64,000 bases of DNA. Source: Candidatus Hydrogenedentota bacterium. Lineage in GTDB: Bacteria; Hydrogenedentota; Hydrogenedentia; Hydrogenedentales; JAEUWI01. Location: NCBI GenBank assembly GCA_034669905.1, contig JAXMOL010000040.1, positions 14,411-78,410 of the forward strand, in the 5' to 3' direction. The notes under the pieces are model-generated. The model worked only from the letters and a program-made list of their open reading frames with translations, had not been told where the DNA came from and did not search any database. Below, piece after piece: positions 59,612-64,000 of this stretch; the stretch's first letter is position 1, and every line of letters starts with the position of its first letter. Position numbers and translations under genes: made by a program.

Positions 59612-59930
59612 GGGGACTGCCTCGACGTCGTTCACGAAGCGTACCAAGATGAGCGTCGTGGCGGAACAAGAAAAACACAACCCACTCTGGGAAGCGGGAT
59701 AGTCGGGGCCGTCCCCCTCTTCACAAGTCGTGACCATTGCCCAAACCAAAACGGACGTACCCGCAGCACCCAGACGATTTCCTCTTACGGCAAACACTTC
59801 TTGGACAAGTGAGACAGCAGGAAGAGGGGGACAGCCCCGACGTCTGGTCGCACGTCGATAAAGGGCGGCATCCTGTCGGCCAAGACGCGGCGGTGACGTA
59901 ACCGGGGTGAATGTCGTCGAGGCAGTCCCC
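59612..59930. repeat. Nested inverted repeats in a gene-free interval
   Basis: 59612-59627 pairs perfectly with 59915-59930; 59702-59722 pairs with 59821-59841 with one mismatch. Confidence 0.85.
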
Positions 59931-60252
59931 TACGCCCGACCGCCCGCTGAAAACTATGGAGCGCCAGCGGCCCGCTGGCATCATGCACCGCCGGTGCATC
60001 ACGTCACCAACGACCGCGCGCGGCCTTCCGTCTCGAAGTGTCTTGTGTCGCGGACAGGTCGAAAACACGCCGTGGCGGGAATGTCCGCGATCCTTTGATG
60101 GCCCATCCCACGTAATATTGCCCCTCCTCCCTGCAGACGCGTAAAATAGGGCTTCTGCATCCCCTGTGATGCAGCAAACACGACAACACACCAGTTATCA
60201 CCGAACGGGAGCAGATGCCTGCCCCCGCGCGGCCTTATAAAAAGGACCTTTC

Positions 60253-61749
60253 ATGAACGTAGAAGTAATCGCCAGCAACGCGTGCAATGTCGTCGAAGAA
60301 GAATCCTGCCTCGTTATCCCCCTGTTTGAAAAGGCCTTCCCCCTGGACAGCAGCCTGCTCAGCGAGACCGACGAACTCCTCCTCCAGACCCTGGCGGACA
60401 AGGGAATTTTTCAGGGCAAGGCCCAATCGTGTTACTACGTGGCCACGCCCAAGAGCACCTATCAGGGCGTGCTGGTGGTGGGCCTGGGTGCGCGGGATGA
60501 CTATGACGACGAAACACTCCGTCGCGGTGGCGGCAAGGCGGCCGAGCTCCTCCAGCAACACCGTGTGAGCCATGTCTATTTCGACATCTCCCGCCATGAC
60601 AACGTGCCCCCCCTCCCCTTCCTCGAAGGGCTGGTCTTGGGCCAATATGCCTTTGACGTTTACAAGAAGGCCCCCGACGCCGAGGACCTCCCGGTGAAGG
60701 TGCAGACGGCCACCGTCATCATCGACAATGGTGTCGAAGTCACGCCCCTCCTCTCGAGCCTCCAGGTGGGCGTACTCACCTGCCTCAGTGCCAACGGTGC
60801 ACGCCACCTGGCCAACACGGCCCCCAACGAAATGACACCCCGCGCCCTCGCCGAGTTCGCCCGGGGCATTTCCGACGAATCGGGATGCAAATGCACGGTT
60901 CTCGAGCCCAAGCAGATGGAGAGCCTCGGCATGAACGCCCTCCTCGGGGTCGCACGGGGCAGCGCCGAGCCGCCGCGCCTCATCGTGTTGGAGCACCACC
61001 ACAGCGACACCGCCAAGACCGTCGCCCTCGTGGGTAAGGGCGTCACCTTCGACACGGGCGGTATCAGTATCAAGCCCGCCGCCCAGATGCACGAGATGAA
61101 ATACGACATGTGTGGCGCCGCCGCTGTGCTCTGTGCCTTCATGACCCTCGCCGAACTCAAACCTGCCATCAACATCGTGGCCGTGGTCCCCGCCGCCGAA
61201 AACATGACCGGCGATGCGGCCCAGCGCCCCGGCGACATTGTGAAGGCCTACAACGGCAAGACCGTCGAAGTCCACAACACCGACGCCGAAGGCCGTCTCA
61301 TCCTCGCGGACGCCATGGCCTACACGGTGGATAAATATAAGCCCGACGCCATGGTCGATGCGGCCACCCTCACCGGGGCGTGCCTCATTGCCCTGGGCCA
61401 TTTCGCCGCCGGGGTCTTCACCAACAACCAGGAGGTGGCCGACTCCCTCGTGGCGGCAGGCAACGCCACGGGCGAACGTCTCTGGCAGATGCCGCTGTGG
61501 AAAGACTATGAGAAGCAGGTGGAAGGCAACCACGCCGACCTCTGCAACATCGGACCCCGGGAAGGGGGTGCCATTACGGCCGCGGCCTTCCTGAAGAACT
61601 TCGTCGGCGACACCCCCTGGGCCCACGTCGACATCGCAGGCACGGCCTGGGGCGTCAAGGGCGTGCCCTACTGGAACCCCGACCACGCCACCGGCTACGG
61701 CGTGCGCCTGTTGACCCGCTGGGTGCTGGATCAGGTAGAGGAAAACTAA
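60253..61749 (+). CDS. pepA: Leucyl aminopeptidase (M17)
   Basis: VGKGVTFDTGG, MKYDMCG, NTDAEGRL, ATLTG and WAHVDIAG motifs. Confidence 0.95.
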   Translation: MNVEVIASNACNVVEEESCLVIPLFEKAFPLDSSLLSETDELLLQTLADKGIFQGKAQSCYYVATPKSTYQGVLVVGLGARDDYDDETLRRGGGKAAELLQQHRVSHVYFDISRHDNVPPLPFLEGLVLGQYAFDVYKKAPDAEDLPVKVQTATVIIDNGVEVTPLLSSLQVGVLTCLSANGARHLANTAPNEMTPRALAEFARGISDESGCKCTVLEPKQMESLGMNALLGVARGSAEPPRLIVLEHHHSDTAKTVALVGKGVTFDTGGISIKPAAQMHEMKYDMCGAAAVLCAFMTLAELKPAINIVAVVPAAENMTGDAAQRPGDIVKAYNGKTVEVHNTDAEGRLILADAMAYTVDKYKPDAMVDAATLTGACLIALGHFAAGVFTNNQEVADSLVAAGNATGERLWQMPLWKDYEKQVEGNHADLCNIGPREGGAITAAAFLKNFVGDTPWAHVDIAGTAWGVKGVPYWNPDHATGYGVRLLTRWVLDQVEEN

Positions 61750-61926
61750 GGGGACGCCCCTCGAGGTCATTATAGCGCCTCCATTTTCTATAGGACCTAT
61801 GGGACGTATGGGGCCTATTAGCCCGATGAAAAATACACTATGCGCCACCCACGACTCCCCTCCTCGGAGGGGTCGGGGGTGGGTAGAATCTCAAGAGGTG
61901 GTTCTAACCCAACCCAGCATACGGTG

Positions 61927-61975
61927 AGGGTGCCACCTTCAAAGAGCCGAGTAACACGAGCCGCTTTGTGGGTGC
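61927..61975. repeat. 49-bp palindromic REP-like element (copy upstream of sulfatase)
   Basis: AGGGTGCCACCTTCAAAGAGCCGAGTAACACGAGCCGCTTTGTGGGTGC; 48/49 identical to 63575-63623. Confidence 0.85.
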
Positions 61976-62031
61976 TTTCCCGATGCCAACGATCCCCCAC
62001 ACCGCCATCAAATTACCGACAGGATAAACTC

Positions 62032-63486
62032 ATGTTCCACTTCCTGAAACGCTATCTCGCCGCCCTTGTGTTCGTGGCCTCTTTCGCCGGGGCTACGGCC
62101 TACGGAGCGGATTCGCCCTCAGAGCGCTATAACGTCCTCTTCATCATCTCCGACGACCTGACGGCCAATGCCCTGTCGTGCTACGGAAACCCAGTAGTCA
62201 AGACGCCAAACATCGATCGTCTTGCCGATGAGGGGGTGCGCTTTACCCGGGCCTTTTGCCAGGCAACCTACTGTGGGCCATCGCGGGCTTCATTTCTGTC
62301 CGGCTATTATCCCCATGCGACCGGAGTGCTGAATTACAAGAGTCCCCGACCGCAGATTGGCGATCGGGCGACCTGGCCCCAGCACTTCAAAAACAACGGC
62401 TACTATACGGCACGAGTCAGCAAGATCTACCACATGGGCGTTCCTGGAGGCATCGAAGAGGGCTCGGACGGCGCCGATGATCCGGCCTCGTGGACGGAAC
62501 GTTTCAACAGCCCCGGACCGGAGTGGAAAGCCCCCGGGGTCGGTGAAACGCTAGAGGACAACGCCGACGGAAAGAAGCCGGCCGTAGGCGGGAACACCTT
62601 TGTCGTTGTCGAGGCAGAGGGTGATGACATGGTCCACTCCGACGGGAAGACGGCGGCCAAGGCGGTCGAATTGATTCGCCAACACAAGGCGGAGCCCTTC
62701 TTCCTCGCCGTGGGCTTCGTCCGCCCCCACGTGCCCTTCGTGGCACCGAGCTCCTACTATCCCCCCTATCTGCCCTACGACAGCATGACCCTGCCGGAGA
62801 AAGTGCCCGGGGACTGGGATGATATTCCCGAGGCGGGCATCAACTACAAGACCAGCGAAAACATGAAGATGGACATCCGCCGGCAAAAGAAGGCCGTGGG
62901 CGGTTATTATGCCTCCGTCGCCTTTCTGGATGCCCAGGTGGGCAAGGTGCTGAAGGCCCTGCGGGACGAAGGGCTGGAGGACAACACGATCGTGATTTTC
63001 ACCAGCGACCACGGCTACCATCTCGGCGAGCATGACTTCTGGGCGAAAGTCAGTTTGCGCGACGAATCCGCCGGGGTACCGCTGATCATCCGCGTACCGG
63101 GCAAGGCCCCGGCCGTGTGTAACTCCCTCACAGAGCTGCTGGACCTCTATCCCACGGTGGCGGACCTCTGCGGCCTGGACGTGCCCGAGCGCCTGCAGGG
63201 CAAGAACATCGCCCCCATGCTCGACAACCCCGCCTACACCGTGCGGGACGCGGCCTTCAGCGTGGCCCCCATGCGCAAGGGCTTTCTCTTGCGCGAAGAC
63301 AATTGGGCCTACATCCAATACAAGGAAGACGCCTCAGCGGGCATCGAACTCTTTGACCTGGTCAACGACCCCAAGCAGTATACCAACCTGGCGGAAAACC
63401 CCGCCTATGCCGCCGTCGTGGAATCCTTCAAGGGCAAGCTCGCCGGCAAGTTGCAGGAACTGCGGGACAATGACCTGGGTTCATAG
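62032..63486 (+). CDS. Sulfatase (iduronate-2-sulfatase-like), secreted
   Basis: Signal peptide; NVLFIISDDL, TPNID.LA, CGPSR (CxPxR), RPHVPF and SDHGYHLGEH..W.K motifs. Confidence 0.92.
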   Translation: MFHFLKRYLAALVFVASFAGATAYGADSPSERYNVLFIISDDLTANALSCYGNPVVKTPNIDRLADEGVRFTRAFCQATYCGPSRASFLSGYYPHATGVLNYKSPRPQIGDRATWPQHFKNNGYYTARVSKIYHMGVPGGIEEGSDGADDPASWTERFNSPGPEWKAPGVGETLEDNADGKKPAVGGNTFVVVEAEGDDMVHSDGKTAAKAVELIRQHKAEPFFLAVGFVRPHVPFVAPSSYYPPYLPYDSMTLPEKVPGDWDDIPEAGINYKTSENMKMDIRRQKKAVGGYYASVAFLDAQVGKVLKALRDEGLEDNTIVIFTSDHGYHLGEHDFWAKVSLRDESAGVPLIIRVPGKAPAVCNSLTELLDLYPTVADLCGLDVPERLQGKNIAPMLDNPAYTVRDAAFSVAPMRKGFLLREDNWAYIQYKEDASAGIELFDLVNDPKQYTNLAENPAYAAVVESFKGKLAGKLQELRDNDLGS

Positions 63487-63574
63487 CAGCGCCAGGAATG
63501 CATAGGCAGTCCCCGCTGAAAATCACCATAAAAAATTCACTATTCAACATTCTAAATTCACCATTCGAAACTTC

Positions 63575-63623
63575 AGGGTGCCACCTTCAAAGCGCCGAGT
63601 AACACGAGCCGCTTTGTGGGTGC
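63575..63623. repeat. 49-bp palindromic REP-like element (copy downstream of sulfatase)
   Basis: Direct repeat of 61927-61975. Confidence 0.85.
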
Positions 63624-63740
63624 CGGGCCCTACAAGCCCAATTGTCCACTGAGTCCATTAGGCCCCTCCACTCTGCTATAATATCCACAACCCGCCCCGG
63701 CGGCCATCAACTTTCAACCATCAACTATCAACTGTCCACT

Positions 63741-64000
63741 ATGAAAAAAGCCACCGTTCACACCCTCGGCTATCCTGGGACTGTCATCTCTTTCGCCCAA
63801 AACGAAAAAGGGACTGTACCGGCAGTGCTGGTGATCCCAACTTCGCACGAATACACCACCGCCAACCAGCACGACCCCCACCCCGGCTATCAACTGTCAA
63901 CGGTCAACTGCCCATTATGAAAAAAGCAACGGTTCACACCCTCGGCTATCGTGGGACTGTCATCTCTTTCGCCCAAAGCGAAAAAGGGACTGTACCGGCA
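63741..64000 (+). repeat. Tandem ~176-bp duplication, each unit starting with a methylthiotransferase-like N-terminal stub (MKKATVHTLG)
   Basis: 63741-63824 is near-identical to 63917-64000; second unit runs off the window. Confidence 0.8.

Overview
High-GC bacterial chromosomal window. The (Gly-Glu)n surface protein, PEP-CTERM protein and many secreted carbohydrate-active-like enzymes suggest Candidatus Hydrogenedentota; this is inference only. From left to right: (1) a carbohydrate/secreted-enzyme neighbourhood (Tat-exported DUF4434-like protein, PEP-CTERM protein, DUF1080, HpcH aldolase, corA, ceramidase-like protein, GH172/DUF2961, msrB); (2) a type II secretion operon (G-H-I-J-K-L-M-C-like-D) lacking gspE/gspF, whose secretin has four N-domain repeats and an apparent ExbD/TolR-like C-terminal domain; (3) a four-gene minus-strand signalling operon headed by a histidine kinase with a plant ETR1-type ethylene-binding transmembrane domain (all seven known binding residues at identical spacing), followed by an Rcp1-like receiver, a PAS hybrid kinase and an HD-GYP c-di-GMP phosphodiesterase; (4) tRNA-Cys, GT2, an apparently catalytically dead GH51 homologue, PmtA-like, RidA-like, HD, beta-helix and TPR-peptidase genes; (5) a REP-rich repeat zone in which two Sel1-repeat genes are bracketed by a 122-bp perfect direct repeat; (6) an aminotransferase, a 1615-aa surface protein with a (GE)45 tract and candidate C-terminal sorting signal, a haloalkane-dehalogenase-like hydrolase and a GH42-like protein; (7) a cheD-HDOD-REC-cheX cassette, YtxJ/BrxC, miaB, ybaN, pepA and a repeat-flanked sulfatase, ending in duplicated mtaB-like N-terminal stubs. 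No CRISPR, rRNA, integrase or transposase was seen. The best candidate for an under-described system is the ethylene-receptor-like kinase to c-di-GMP operon. All calls come from reading motifs by eye; no database searches were run.
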